Below are positions 44,880 to 55,268 of a DNA stretch of 64,000 nucleotides, in pieces. Position 1 is the stretch's first letter; every line of letters begins with the position of its first letter. The translations under genes were made by a program, and so were the position numbers. Source of the stretch: a virus. The DNA is taken from positions 32,001 to 96,000 of IMG/VR virus record IMGVR_UViG_3300035698_019443; one strand, given 5' to 3'. The notes below the pieces were generated by a model. The model was not told where the DNA came from and ran no database searches. It saw only the letters and a program-made list of their open reading frames with translations.

Positions 44880-46874
44880 CTATTCCTTCTTATCCCGCAG
44901 CGTATTCAACACTGCGTCGAAATAGCGCTGCCCTGCCATCGTCAGATCTCCGGGCTCAATTCCAAAAAACGTGTGGACCTCGGTGTTTGGCGCCCCTTGC
45001 AGGACGTCGTAGATCGTCGCCCGATCAAGGCTCGTAATCGGGAGGAAGTCAGGGATGAACACGTCGAGCGGCATGTCTTGCTCGACCGCGATCTCGATGC
45101 CCTCACGGATAAGCGCGACCCGCTGCTCCATCGTGAGCTCGGCGAGGTTCGGCGCAGCGGCGGGGGGCGCCGCTTCTGGGGATGGTGGCAGCGCGAGGTG
45201 CGCGCTGTCGATAGCCGCCTGCGCGTTTGCTGTCGACGTCTGACCTTGGTGCTGAGCCCACGCCGCGGCGGCGTCTGCCGCATTGGCCGGCGCCGCACCG
45301 GGGTTCGGCATCGGGGGAGCCCCTGGCGCCCCCATCCGAGCCGCGACGGCGTTGCCGAGAGCCGTGAACCCACTCGATCCGGCGAACTTGCCCGCTGCGT
45401 CGGCGAGCTTGCCCATGGTCGACTCCGCGACGGCAGCACCATCGCCAGCGACGAAGGACGCGCCGAGGCCCGAGGCCACGCCCTTGATGGTCTCGATGTT
45501 CTTCGCGAGGCCCTCGATATTGTCCATCGAGCCGCCCTTCGTCGCTGTGGCGGCGTCAATCTGGGCCTTCGTCAGATCCCCACGGAGCCCGTCGCCCGAG
45601 GCGCGGAGGGTAATGACTTCCGCCCGAAGCTCTGTGTTCGTCTCCCGCATGTCGGTGAGTTGCCCGTTCACGGCATCGAGCCTCGCCTGCATCCCCGTCT
45701 CGGCTGACTTGACCGAGTCGTCTCGTTGCGTCTTCGCTCGATCGCGGTCGTCCCGAGCCCTTTCCCGCTCGTCAAAGATTGCCTTATTGTGCTCGGCGAT
45801 CAGAGTGAGTCGCTCCTCTGCCGTCTTTGCCCGCAAGTCAGAGATCGCCTGCTGATGCCCCAAGGACAGCGCCTGGTCGTTGGCCTGCGCCCGCTGAGCG
45901 GAGTCCGCGATCTCCTTTCGCATCGAGTCGATCTGGCCGAGGAGTGACTTCTCCCGCTCCGAGTCCACCTTCGGCTGTGACTCCATGAGCTTCAGCAACA
46001 TGTCAGCGCTGCGGTCCTGGGGCGGGGGCGCCGGCGGCACAGCGACGATCTCGGCGAGCTTCGCGATCGCAGCCTCGATGCGAGCCGCGCTCCCCTCGGC
46101 TGCCGCGTCGCGAGGAGCCTCTCGATTCTTGAGTAGCGCCTCCAGCTGCATCTCGCTCTGCGCCGACATCTGCGCGACGAGCGCCTTGGCCACGCCACTG
46201 TCGGGCGCCACAACGGGAGCAGGGGCAGCGGAGGGCTGACGGGGAACGTCCTCGAAGCCCCGCGCTTCCCGGCGGACCCGACCTGCCTCAGACTTCGCCG
46301 CGGGGACAGGCTTGCGCTCAATCTGCGGCGCGATGCGAAGATTGTTGTAGCGTCCAAGGATCAGCCGCTCTCGTCCGCCCCGCGGGCCGACGAAGAGGAC
46401 GTGATAGGTTCCCGAGCCGAAGTTTTCGGCGATGAAGTCATCGTCGAACGTGTCTGGCGACTGCTCGATTCGACGGAGCCGTCCCCGCTGGTCGTTGCCG
46501 TTGTCATCGAGCGCCGGCTTGTCTCGGTAGAGCTCGAAGTAGCACCGCTCGGGCTGCGCGATCGCGAACTCCGCAAAGTGGTCGACGAAGGCGAACAATG
46601 TCGCCGCACCGTACCGCTCGTCGTGTTCGAACTTCGTGATGACGGGCTCAGGTCCCTCCGCCGAGGTTGTGACGTCGCCTACTACCTCCTCTTCGTCGAA
46701 GCCGTCATCATCGAACTCTTCGTCCTCACTCGTTGGCACTAGGACCTCCTTCGGGGGTGGGGGCTGCCGGGGCGTCGGCGACGACTTCGAGCTTCGGCGC
46801 TTCGCGGGGGGCTTCGGTTTCGGCGACGACGGCGGTTGTGGCGCCTGTGTCCTCTTCATTGCTCGCGGGGCCAT
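44880..46874 (-). CDS. large coiled-coil protein
   Basis: 664 aa: Pro/acidic N-terminus, small globular domain, long coiled coil, Gly/Ala segment. Confidence 0.7.
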   Translation of the reverse strand: MAPRAMKRTQAPQPPSSPKPKPPAKRRSSKSSPTPRQPPPPKEVLVPTSEDEEFDDDGFDEEEVVGDVTTSAEGPEPVITKFEHDERYGAATLFAFVDHFAEFAIAQPERCYFELYRDKPALDDNGNDQRGRLRRIEQSPDTFDDDFIAENFGSGTYHVLFVGPRGGRERLILGRYNNLRIAPQIERKPVPAAKSEAGRVRREARGFEDVPRQPSAAPAPVVAPDSGVAKALVAQMSAQSEMQLEALLKNREAPRDAAAEGSAARIEAAIAKLAEIVAVPPAPPPQDRSADMLLKLMESQPKVDSEREKSLLGQIDSMRKEIADSAQRAQANDQALSLGHQQAISDLRAKTAEERLTLIAEHNKAIFDERERARDDRDRAKTQRDDSVKSAETGMQARLDAVNGQLTDMRETNTELRAEVITLRASGDGLRGDLTKAQIDAATATKGGSMDNIEGLAKNIETIKGVASGLGASFVAGDGAAVAESTMGKLADAAGKFAGSSGFTALGNAVAARMGAPGAPPMPNPGAAPANAADAAAAWAQHQGQTSTANAQAAIDSAHLALPPSPEAAPPAAAPNLAELTMEQRVALIREGIEIAVEQDMPLDVFIPDFLPITSLDRATIYDVLQGAPNTEVHTFFGIEPGDLTMAGQRYFDAVLNTLRDKKE

Positions 46875-47253
46875 TCGGTACTCCCATCCCTTCGAGGATC
46901 TTCTCGGCGCCGTCGATGATCAGCTGGAGGTCGACGTCTTCGACTTCGCCTCCTGCCGCGCCGATGGCGAGGGCGAGCGCTCGTGCCTGTTGGCAGAACT
47001 CGGCGAGGCCGGGGACGACTTGTTGGACGACGTCCGCCGTGACGGCACCCTCGATTGCCTCGAGGCGGGCGTTCGCGTCACCGAGCCCGTCGTACACCAG
47101 CTCGGTGAGCTTGATGATGAGCTCCATCACCGTACCGTGGACGTCTCGCGGCTGTGCTCCCCGCTTCCGCATCCCCTTTTGGGCTGCCTTGGCCTCCTCG
47201 ATGAGCTCCTCAAGTGCTTCGTCGATCGCCATCTCTTCTGGTTCGTTCGTCAT
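46726..47253 (-). CDS. acidic helical hypothetical protein
   Basis: 175 aa with GAGGG RBS; 3' end overlaps the next gene. Confidence 0.55.
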   Translation of the reverse strand: MTNEPEEMAIDEALEELIEEAKAAQKGMRKRGAQPRDVHGTVMELIIKLTELVYDGLGDANARLEAIEGAVTADVVQQVVPGLAEFCQQARALALAIGAAGGEVEDVDLQLIIDGAEKILEGMGVPNGPASNEEDTGATTAVVAETEAPREAPKLEVVADAPAAPTPEGGPSANE

Positions 47254-47261
47254 TCTGCCCT

Positions 47262-50200
47262 CTAGCCGCGGAGCGCTCGCGCCGCGGCGGATACGTGGTC
47301 AATGAAGGTGAGTACGTCGTCGGTCCCGCCACCAGAGATGCCCTTTCGCATCTCGAGCAGGCGCTCTTTGTTCCTCCGCCAATCGGCGACCCCGCCGGGC
47401 AGGAGAAGGTGGAATATCGTTGGCGCGTAGCCCGAGCAGGCGTAGAGCGTCGCTTCGGTGAGCTCCGTGTGCCCGTCCTCGTCGAGGAAGCGGCGGCAGA
47501 TACGAGTGAGGCGCGTCTCGGGCTCGGGGAGCGCCTCGGCGTCGTGCTGTGCGATCTCGTCGTAGTAGCGGCACCCTCGCAGGCAGACGAACTCCGACTC
47601 ACTGGCCGAGGGGATACGCCCCTCCTCGGGGTTCGTCGAGTCGGGCATCGCTGCCACGGCTGGGTTGAGCGGGGGCTCTTTCGGTATCTCCTCGGGCGTC
47701 TCTGTCTTCTCTGTCACTTCGACCTCTTCCTTCATCTCGTCCCACAGGGACGTCGCCTTCTCTTCCGCCCAGTCGCGATCCATCACGCCGTCGGGGTAGT
47801 CCATCTTCCACGAGACGATCGCCTCGCTGACAATCGCGAAGGCAGAGAAGACGCCGCCCGTCGCGAGCCGCCCCTTGACGACCTTGAGGATCTCCTTCGT
47901 CTTCGACATCTCGAGGTCGTCGACCTCTCCCTCTTTCGGCTCGTAGTTCTCTAGCACTGCGTTGGTTCGAGCTACGATCTCTTCTTCCGTTGCGAGAGTG
48001 TGCTCGTAGGTCTGCCGCCACAGGGCGACTGCGATCTTCGCCATCGACTGGAGCGAGCCTCCGACATTGTCCCCGATCTCCACCGTGATTCGATCCTCGA
48101 GCATGGCGAGCTCGTGGACGATCGCCCAACGCTCTCCTGCGAGGACCATCGCTGCGACGCCATCGTAGTCGTAGCTCGTTCGTCCCTCCCGCCAACGTCC
48201 GACCGCTGCGCCAACGATCTCTGCGGGGTTGTAGCCATCGTCGTCGGCGTAGCGCCGCTCGACAGTCGCGCAGATCTCGGCGTGCAGCGCCTCCTCGGGA
48301 GTCTCCTTCTCCCCCCACGTCGCATACTTCTTTGTGAGCAGGTCCGCATACGTGGCACAAGTGGTCCTGATCTCCGCCTCGCCGATATCAACGGTATCGT
48401 GGGTGCTCCGCCACGCCTCCACCGCCGACTCGATGACGCTGTCCACAGAGGGCAGACCCGCGGAGAAGTAGACTTCGTCGGGGTTGAACAGCTTGTGGAT
48501 CGCGTCCTGTAACGCTGACTCGAGGCTCTCCGCCCCCGTCTGGCAGCCCTGCAATGCGTCGTCGCGCATATCTGCGATCTCCTCATAACTGATGTCGTGG
48601 TCGGGGTAGCTGTTGTTCCATCCGTCAATCGCCGCGTCGACGATGGGCGCCAGCGGCGTGTCGCCGAAGCGCTTCTTCGCTTGGATAGCGTCATCGAGCT
48701 CACGCGCTAGAGCGGCTCGAGGATCGCCGACCGACTTGTCGTAGGCGGCGTCCCAATATCGACGGACGTCTTCCTTTGCCTCGTCGCGGTCTTCGATCGC
48801 TGCGCCGGGGAACTGGCGCCGCCACTGACGAGACGCAACAGCGATGACGAGCTCGACGTCGAGAGACACCCCCTCTGCGTGCTGCTTCTCCGCTGCCACC
48901 TGGAGCTCGTAGTCGAGCAGCGTCTTGGCGTCGACCTGGCCGGCGTACTGCTCGGCGTAGGTGAGCGCTGCCGCAATGTCCTCTTCCGTCGCGTGGGTCT
49001 TGGGGTGCTGTACGCGCCACTTCGCCACGACGTTGTCCTCGAGCTCTCCGAGGCACACCTGCCCGTTGTCCCTCGCCAGTGGAATCACCCGCAACAGCTC
49101 TGTTCGTAGTATCCCTGTGTCGACGAGCGCCCCCCGCTGCTCTCGAGCTCGGACTTGCGCCTTCTCGACGTTGATCTCGGCGTAAGAGTGCCCGGCCAGC
49201 CCGTCCGCTACGATCCGCAATGACTCTTTGAGGTCATCGAGGTCGACGGTTGCGCTGTTCTCCTCTGGAGTCTCCTCTTCGCAGGGTACGCTGCGATCAA
49301 GGCACGGCGCATCGCAGGCATGGCACTCTTCGGACCCGTCGACACCGGCGTACTTCAGCGCCGCGTCGACCTGCACCGCGATCTCCTCTTCGCTGGCGTC
49401 TGTTCCCCGGTGCTCTCGCCGCCATTTCGCCGTGGCTTCTGTGATTGCACCAGCGAGGTCGACGTTGCCCTCTTCGTGTGCTGCGTGGATGGCGCGCATC
49501 AGCGTCCTACCGAGCTCGGTCAGATCAGTGATGACCCCCCAGTGCTTCCACGCGGTCGCCTTCTCGTACTCCCAGCAGAACTCTTCGTTGGGGCGTGTCT
49601 TGTGCCAGGCCTTCGCAGCGGCGTTGATCGCAGCCTGCACGTCCAACTCCTGCCCCGCGTCGTGTTGGGTCTCCACCTCGATGCGAACGAGGCGATTGAG
49701 CTCCTCTTCGATCCTCGTCTTACGGGCGATGGCGTCGATCACCTCGTGGACCACTGTACCCTTCGCTATGGCCGCGGAGGGGTCTTTCTCGCGATACACC
49801 TTCTCCTCGCCGAACAGCTCCTGTTCTCGTCGAGTTGGGGGTAGCGACGAGTCAGCGAGCCGGCGTAGCGCCTCCCGCAAGACGTTGTGCAACGCTGCGC
49901 GGTCGAGGGGCTCGCGCCCGTCCGCGGTCCACACTTCGTTCGCGGCGTCCGCTGCCTCGTGGCGCTCTTTGCCGCCGTCGTCCTCTTCGCCTATAGGCTG
50001 GGCGACATTCCAGTCCTTCCCAGTAGGACTGCTCTCGGCGGGGGAGACCTTGACTGCCTCGACCCGCAGGTCCGCCGTGAGCTCGGCGAGGTCAACCGCT
50101 TTGCCGTCCACTGCCTTCGCGCACAGGGTCTTCCAGTATCGCGTCGCCCCCTCGCGAACCACCTCGTCGAACTTTGCGTCTTTGAGCTCGTACCCAAACC

Positions 50201-50747
50201 GGCGGCGCACGCCCTCTAGCACAGCAGCGACGTGGAGCCCCCCGACAGCCCCGTCGACCGTATCTCTGATCGTGCGGAATAGGTCCTCGTCTGCTCGCTG
50301 GAAGAACGAGCCCGTCGCTGTCGCCTCCCGCTCTGCCCGCTGCGACGCCGCCGCGTTGAGTATCTCCTCTCGCGAGGGTCGATGGTACTCGGCCTCCACG
50401 CCCCCGCTACGTTCGCTTCCGAGGCGCGGAGACCCATTGCCCTCGTTGCTCTCGCTCGAAACGCGCGGGGACGTAGGAGGCGCCCCTTCGCCATCGGTTG
50501 TCGGGGGCTCCTGTTGAAGCCACTTTGCCGCCTCTTCCGGCGATAGCCTCTCGTTGTCCGTCGGTGGGTCGGTCTGCTCGACCATCAGTTTTGGCGGTTC
50601 ACTTCCCCCTCTGCCTTCTCCGCCTTCTATCGAGGTCGCCGTGGCCACCGCGTTACTCGCGTTGGCGACAAGGGGGGTCGGTGTGTGCGGTGTCATCCGC
50701 GGCTTTGTCGTGTGATCATTGCCGTTCAGGCTTTTGAATAATCCCAT
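47262..50747 (-). CDS. 1161-aa acidic protein with ~9 degenerate helical repeats and a C-terminal Cys domain
   Basis: recurrent AI..A...WR..HP.T.A.EE(E/D)IA; C-terminal CLRGCRYY..ICRR..ACS. Confidence 0.8.
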   Translation of the reverse strand: MGLFKSLNGNDHTTKPRMTPHTPTPLVANASNAVATATSIEGGEGRGGSEPPKLMVEQTDPPTDNERLSPEEAAKWLQQEPPTTDGEGAPPTSPRVSSESNEGNGSPRLGSERSGGVEAEYHRPSREEILNAAASQRAEREATATGSFFQRADEDLFRTIRDTVDGAVGGLHVAAVLEGVRRRFGYELKDAKFDEVVREGATRYWKTLCAKAVDGKAVDLAELTADLRVEAVKVSPAESSPTGKDWNVAQPIGEEDDGGKERHEAADAANEVWTADGREPLDRAALHNVLREALRRLADSSLPPTRREQELFGEEKVYREKDPSAAIAKGTVVHEVIDAIARKTRIEEELNRLVRIEVETQHDAGQELDVQAAINAAAKAWHKTRPNEEFCWEYEKATAWKHWGVITDLTELGRTLMRAIHAAHEEGNVDLAGAITEATAKWRREHRGTDASEEEIAVQVDAALKYAGVDGSEECHACDAPCLDRSVPCEEETPEENSATVDLDDLKESLRIVADGLAGHSYAEINVEKAQVRAREQRGALVDTGILRTELLRVIPLARDNGQVCLGELEDNVVAKWRVQHPKTHATEEDIAAALTYAEQYAGQVDAKTLLDYELQVAAEKQHAEGVSLDVELVIAVASRQWRRQFPGAAIEDRDEAKEDVRRYWDAAYDKSVGDPRAALARELDDAIQAKKRFGDTPLAPIVDAAIDGWNNSYPDHDISYEEIADMRDDALQGCQTGAESLESALQDAIHKLFNPDEVYFSAGLPSVDSVIESAVEAWRSTHDTVDIGEAEIRTTCATYADLLTKKYATWGEKETPEEALHAEICATVERRYADDDGYNPAEIVGAAVGRWREGRTSYDYDGVAAMVLAGERWAIVHELAMLEDRITVEIGDNVGGSLQSMAKIAVALWRQTYEHTLATEEEIVARTNAVLENYEPKEGEVDDLEMSKTKEILKVVKGRLATGGVFSAFAIVSEAIVSWKMDYPDGVMDRDWAEEKATSLWDEMKEEVEVTEKTETPEEIPKEPPLNPAVAAMPDSTNPEEGRIPSASESEFVCLRGCRYYDEIAQHDAEALPEPETRLTRICRRFLDEDGHTELTEATLYACSGYAPTIFHLLLPGGVADWRRNKERLLEMRKGISGGGTDDVLTFIDHVSAAARALRG

Positions 50748-50753
50748 GCCCGC

Positions 50754-50783
50754 AGAGTAAGACGGCGACTAGGGGGGCGTCAA
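50754..50783 (-). promoter_or_regulatory. sigma70-type promoter TTGACG-18-TACTCT, leaderless start at ATG 50747
   Basis: reverse complement of cgtcaa 50778-50783 and agagta 50754-50759. Confidence 0.6.
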
Positions 50784-51254
50784 CACATATCGTCACGAGG
50801 CGTGCAAGTAACAAGGCCACGACGAGGGGGCAGGGCTGTAGGTGCAGGAACCACTTGCTTTGTGTCAGGACGACACCTAGCTTTGTGTCATATTGACACC
50901 GTCCTGTGTATCAGAATGTTACACAGGCTTTGTGTCGGTGTGACAACAAGCTCGAGTAGGCGAGGCGGGAGGTGGGAGGTGGAGCGAGCAGGCCGGCAAG
51001 GTAGCCCAAGAATGCCAACAAGCCAGCAAGCAGTCATTGCGAGTACCACAAGGTTGCGCCTAATGTTGCAGGACAGGACGCCAACGAGCCTATTTCGAGA
51101 CAAGTAGTCTAGTCCGTCACTGTACGATCCCGTCGCCCTCCCCTTTACTTCCTATAGAACACCAGCAAATTACCGGCGTCCGGCGAATCCGGCGGGGTAG
51201 GCGTTAAGCCTCTCCCCGACGGACTCGCCAACACCGTCGCCCTCTTCGATTGTT

Positions 51255-51463
51255 TACTCTTTCACTGACCCGTCGACGGACTGCGACGGGGTAGTATAGT
51301 GAATCGCTGGCAGTGCGACATTGTTGGGTTTCTCGGAGATGGTCGAGTAAGTGAAACACTAGGCGATCCCGTCGACGGACAGGGCGACGGGAACATCGTA
51401 AAGGAGAGCCTGTTCTTGGTCTTCCCGTCGACGGACTGCGACGGGATCATCTACTCTTTCACT
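51255..51463. repeat. palindromic direct repeats CCCGTCGACGGAC(T/AGG)GCGACGGG x3 plus TACTCTTTCACT x2 (candidate origin)
   Basis: copies at 51269-51290, 51368-51391 and 51424-51445; adjacent to the helicase stop. Confidence 0.7.
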
Positions 51464-51494
51464 TACTGTTTTTCAGGGGAGGGGGAGGGACGTT

Positions 51495-52676
51495 CTATTT
51501 CGGGACACTCAGACCCCACTGCCCGCCGACCTTGCGGATAGTGCCATCTGAGTACAAAGTCTTCAACGCAGCAGTGACCCGACGGTGTCCGACCCCGATA
51601 GCCTCGGTCAACTTGTTGGCCGACATCGCAGCGTATACATAGGGCTCGTGCCGCTCTTCGAACTCAGCCTCAATCAGTTTGCGGCGGAGGGTGGCGAGCA
51701 CCTGATGCTCTACCTCGGCAGCGCTCAGCGTGGCCTTCTTCTCCTCTTTGGGCGCCTTGGCTGTGTCGACTGAGTCTCTCTCGCCCGACTTGCGGCGGGC
51801 CTTGGGGGGCAGGGAGTGGCCCTCTCTGATCTCGTCGACGAGCATGACAGAGCCGACGTTCGTCGTGTTGTCGATGCCGACCATGACGTCGGCCTCGTGG
51901 GGGCTACTGTCGCGTGTCTCCCACTGGAGCAGGTTCGGCTTGCCCTCGCCCCGGTAGTAGCTATTGATCCAGCCGTCGACCGCCCCCTCGAGCGCCGACG
52001 AGCCACGCATTCGGTCGCCCTCTTTTCGGAAGTGGTGTGTCAGGCAGATCATGGACCCAAACCGCTGAGCGAAATCGCGGTAGGGGCGGAGGAGCTCGGT
52101 GACGGCCCTCGAGTCGTTCTCGTTGAAGTCCGCTTGGTCGATCCCCAGCTCGATGAAGGGGTCGATCGACAGCAACGCCGGAACGCGAGGGACGCGGCTG
52201 TAGATCTCGAGCAGGATGGGGACGACGTCTCGGCGCCAGACGACGCGGAGTGGGATCGACTGCTCGGCGCGGACGCCCATCTGTTTGAGTCGTCTCGCCA
52301 AGCGAGCTCTGCCGTCCTCAATGTTTGCGAGCAGCGCGTGCTGCGGTCCACCGACGATCGGGATCTTCCCTAACCAAGGCGTGCCCGTCGCCACGCAGAT
52401 CGCAAGATCAAGCTGAATGATCGACTTCCGCCCCCTCTTTGGCTCGCCCGCGAGGAGGTAGATACACCCGCTCGCGAAGTGGTTCTGGAGTAGCCACGGA
52501 ACCGCTACTGCCTCCTCCACGAGATCGTGGGCGGCGGCGGTGATCTGGCCGAAAAACTCTGCTACCTCCGCGTCGGACATCGCAGAAACGTCCGACTTTG
52601 CTATCAATTCCCCTATGGCGGACTCACGACGAGCGGCGAGCGCCCGCTTCTTGCGGTCGTCTTCGATTGTTCCCAC
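51495..52676 (-). CDS. RepA-like/AAA_25 SF4 helicase with C-terminal winged helix
   Basis: LLAGEPKRGRKS Walker A, NIED, SIDP, HHFRK, RGSSALEG. Confidence 0.88.
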   Translation of the reverse strand: MGTIEDDRKKRALAARRESAIGELIAKSDVSAMSDAEVAEFFGQITAAAHDLVEEAVAVPWLLQNHFASGCIYLLAGEPKRGRKSIIQLDLAICVATGTPWLGKIPIVGGPQHALLANIEDGRARLARRLKQMGVRAEQSIPLRVVWRRDVVPILLEIYSRVPRVPALLSIDPFIELGIDQADFNENDSRAVTELLRPYRDFAQRFGSMICLTHHFRKEGDRMRGSSALEGAVDGWINSYYRGEGKPNLLQWETRDSSPHEADVMVGIDNTTNVGSVMLVDEIREGHSLPPKARRKSGERDSVDTAKAPKEEKKATLSAAEVEHQVLATLRRKLIEAEFEERHEPYVYAAMSANKLTEAIGVGHRRVTAALKTLYSDGTIRKVGGQWGLSVPK

Positions 52677-52801
52677 ATCCCCGTGATATCACCCTATCGC
52701 CCATCGCGTCAACGACTTCTCTTTTCTCTTGACTCTGTGTTGCGTTCGGACGTAGGCTGCGTGTGGGGTGTGAAACAGTGGGACGAAGCAACAACACGAT
52801 C

Positions 52802-53452
52802 ATGGCCGCGGCGCACATCGCTAGCCTCGTTGGGGACTACGCCGGCGAGGGTGTTCGGCGCAACCTCCGCGAGCTCTGGCAGTACGGAAACGGCGCGAGG
52901 ACGGACCTCGAGCGAGACCTCGCCGTCTCCTGGCTCGTCGAGAGGTACGCGACGCTCGACGGCGCGACAGTGCTTCGCGAGAGAGATGAGGAGCAGAGGC
53001 TCCACGCCGCATCGGCGCACGCCGCAGCCCTCGCCGCACGAGCCGCGATGGGCACGGTGCATCTTGACATCGTCGCGATCGCGGTACGTCATGCCCTCCG
53101 TATTGAGGGGGCGAGCAGCGACGAGCTCTACAAGGTCCTCGCGAGGTACCCGAAACGGGTGGGCATCATTGGCGACCCTCACTTTCCCGCCGTCCGCCGA
53201 GTAAGGGAGGAGCTCAGCGCCCTCTCACCGGACGTGCGTCTTTTCGTCGAGGACGTGCCGGGCGTGGGGAAGCTCGCGAAGCACGGCGCCCAATTCCGCC
53301 ACCTGTCAGTCGAGGTCGTCGACGACGTGGTCGCGCACGTCGATTACCTCGTCGCCTTCGCTGGCGGGAACTACGCGCCGGTCGAAGAGCAGATCGAACG
53401 AGCGCGGGCCGCGGGGCTGAACGTCACTGTGATCAGAGGAGGGGAGCGATGA
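52802..53452 (+). CDS. hypothetical protein, possible C-terminal SLOG-like domain
   Basis: RVGIIGD...VDYLVAFAGG...IERARAAGLNV. Confidence 0.5.
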   Translation: MAAAHIASLVGDYAGEGVRRNLRELWQYGNGARTDLERDLAVSWLVERYATLDGATVLRERDEEQRLHAASAHAAALAARAAMGTVHLDIVAIAVRHALRIEGASSDELYKVLARYPKRVGIIGDPHFPAVRRVREELSALSPDVRLFVEDVPGVGKLAKHGAQFRHLSVEVVDDVVAHVDYLVAFAGGNYAPVEEQIERARAAGLNVTVIRGGER

Positions 53453-53757
53453 AGGGACCACAGACGCAGTTCGCGGTTCTGCGGGACGACGGGAGCTACG
53501 GTCGCATCTTTCGCTCTCGGATGGTCGCAGAGCTCGAGGGAAGACATCGCGTTGTCCCCGTGACGATCCAGCCGGGGAAGGGCTACTGGTCCTGGTGGGA
53601 CTATGAGCACACACGGTTCTCGATGACCTTCCCCTCGTTGATACAGTTCGATACGTGCTTCCCCTGTGGGTACAAAGGCTGGGAGAAGAACGGGGACGGC
53701 GAAGGCGTCGAGGTATCGGTAACGCCATTCCAGTTTATCGAAGAGGAGGCAGGGTGA
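53449..53757 (+). CDS. hypothetical protein
   Basis: RBS present; coupled. Confidence 0.6.
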   Translation: MKGPQTQFAVLRDDGSYGRIFRSRMVAELEGRHRVVPVTIQPGKGYWSWWDYEHTRFSMTFPSLIQFDTCFPCGYKGWEKNGDGEGVEVSVTPFQFIEEEAG

Positions 53758-54023
53758 TGAGACGCATCACGATCACGATCCCAGAGACGGTGGCGGATGC
53801 GATAGAGATCTACCGAGCGGACTACGGGGACTTCAACGTCTCTGCGGTCTGCGCGATGGCACTGAAGGCTGCGTTGCGCCAGAAGGGCGTAGCGGTTGAG
53901 GGGGAGGACCGAGCAGAGAGGCTCCTCTTCGCCGGCATCGCGTGCTGCCCTAAGTGTCAAGGAAACACGCACACTTGTGGCCAGTGTCGCGGCACAGGCT
54001 ACGTCCGTCTGCGGGAGGCATAG
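53757..54023 (+). CDS. ribbon-helix-helix-like protein with C-terminal Zn finger
   Basis: MRRITITIPE...NVSAVC..AL; CPKCQG..CGQCRGTG. Confidence 0.6.
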   Translation: MRRITITIPETVADAIEIYRADYGDFNVSAVCAMALKAALRQKGVAVEGEDRAERLLFAGIACCPKCQGNTHTCGQCRGTGYVRLREA

Positions 54024-54245
54024 AGATGGCTGCCATCGCGTTTCTCGTCGGTATTCTCATCGTCGGGCCGTTTGTGTGCTTCCTCCTCTCGTACCTGCCG
54101 ATGAAGGTGGGGCGCTACTGCGGTACGTGTGAGTCCTACGACAACCAAGACTGGTCCGGTGTCGGGGTCTGTGAGAACCCGAGCAGTATTCACTGTGGCG
54201 TCGTGAACACCGACAACTGCCGCCACTGGGAGAGGAAGAGCTGAG

Positions 54246-55094
54246 ATGTCGAAGCTGACGAAAGAACAAGAGATCGCCTGCTGCAAGTGGCTCCTCAAGC
54301 GGCGAGGCTGCGCCGTTTGGCCGCTATACCGTGAGACTTGCAGGGTAATGGCGTTTGACGTCGACTGTGACGCCAGTGCCGTGCAGGCGTGGGACGACGA
54401 GGACGAGGACGAGGGCACGCTCGACGTCATACCAACGTGCGACGAGAACGTCGGCCCGGCGCGAGTCTATCGACTGAGGCGGCGCATCGAAGTGCTCAAC
54501 GGAACGCCGAGCTACCCAGCCCGAACTGAGGTGCTTCCCCTCCACAGCCACAATGTCGCTATCGGCGCCGAGGCCGGCTACAGCCCCATGGACGCGAAGC
54601 AAGAGGGGGGACGGTGCGTGCGGGGACGGACGTTTACCCCTCAGCGTATCGAGGCGAGTGTGGAGAAGATCCGTCTCGGCTTCGATGCGTCGCGGGCCTT
54701 TGGGCCTGACCCCATCGAGCCCGCCCTGGCGCTCATGCGGATCACGCGGGCGCAGTGCCGAGAGGCGCCATACGGCGTGAAGGCCAAGATCGCAGCGTGT
54801 CAGGAGGCAATAGAGCATATGGCAGGGGGGCAGCATCGAAGGGCTGACGTCTGGGCCGGGTGTAAGGTGCAGATCACCAACGCCCGGCGGGCATATGACA
54901 TGGCGGACATCGTGCGGATCTTCGACGAGAGGGTACTCGAGGTCGCCGAGGCAGAGTTTGTGCGGCTCGGCGGTGTCGTGCCTTGGGCGGCAGCGGAAGG
55001 CGGCGAGGTCATCCCGGCGCGTCCGCTCAATGGACTCGAACGTCCCCGCGAGACGATGGTCGGCAACGTCGTCGTAGGGGGGTCAGGGCGATGA
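54246..55094 (+). CDS. hypothetical protein
   Basis: 282-aa ORF in the early operon. Confidence 0.6.
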   Translation: MSKLTKEQEIACCKWLLKRRGCAVWPLYRETCRVMAFDVDCDASAVQAWDDEDEDEGTLDVIPTCDENVGPARVYRLRRRIEVLNGTPSYPARTEVLPLHSHNVAIGAEAGYSPMDAKQEGGRCVRGRTFTPQRIEASVEKIRLGFDASRAFGPDPIEPALALMRITRAQCREAPYGVKAKIAACQEAIEHMAGGQHRRADVWAGCKVQITNARRAYDMADIVRIFDERVLEVAEAEFVRLGGVVPWAAAEGGEVIPARPLNGLERPRETMVGNVVVGGSGR

Positions 55095-55268
55095 GCCTAT
55101 TCCGCATAGGATTCAGTGTGCTCTTTGCCGCATGGACGGTATTCCTCATTGGGTGGAGTGCCGCAACCGGCAAGATCGACGCGCTAGTGGTGTGCGCGCT
55201 GTGGATGCTCGTTCTCGGCGTCGGCCACGCAGGCGGCTTCGACTTCCGTGAGAAGAAAGAGTAGAGCG

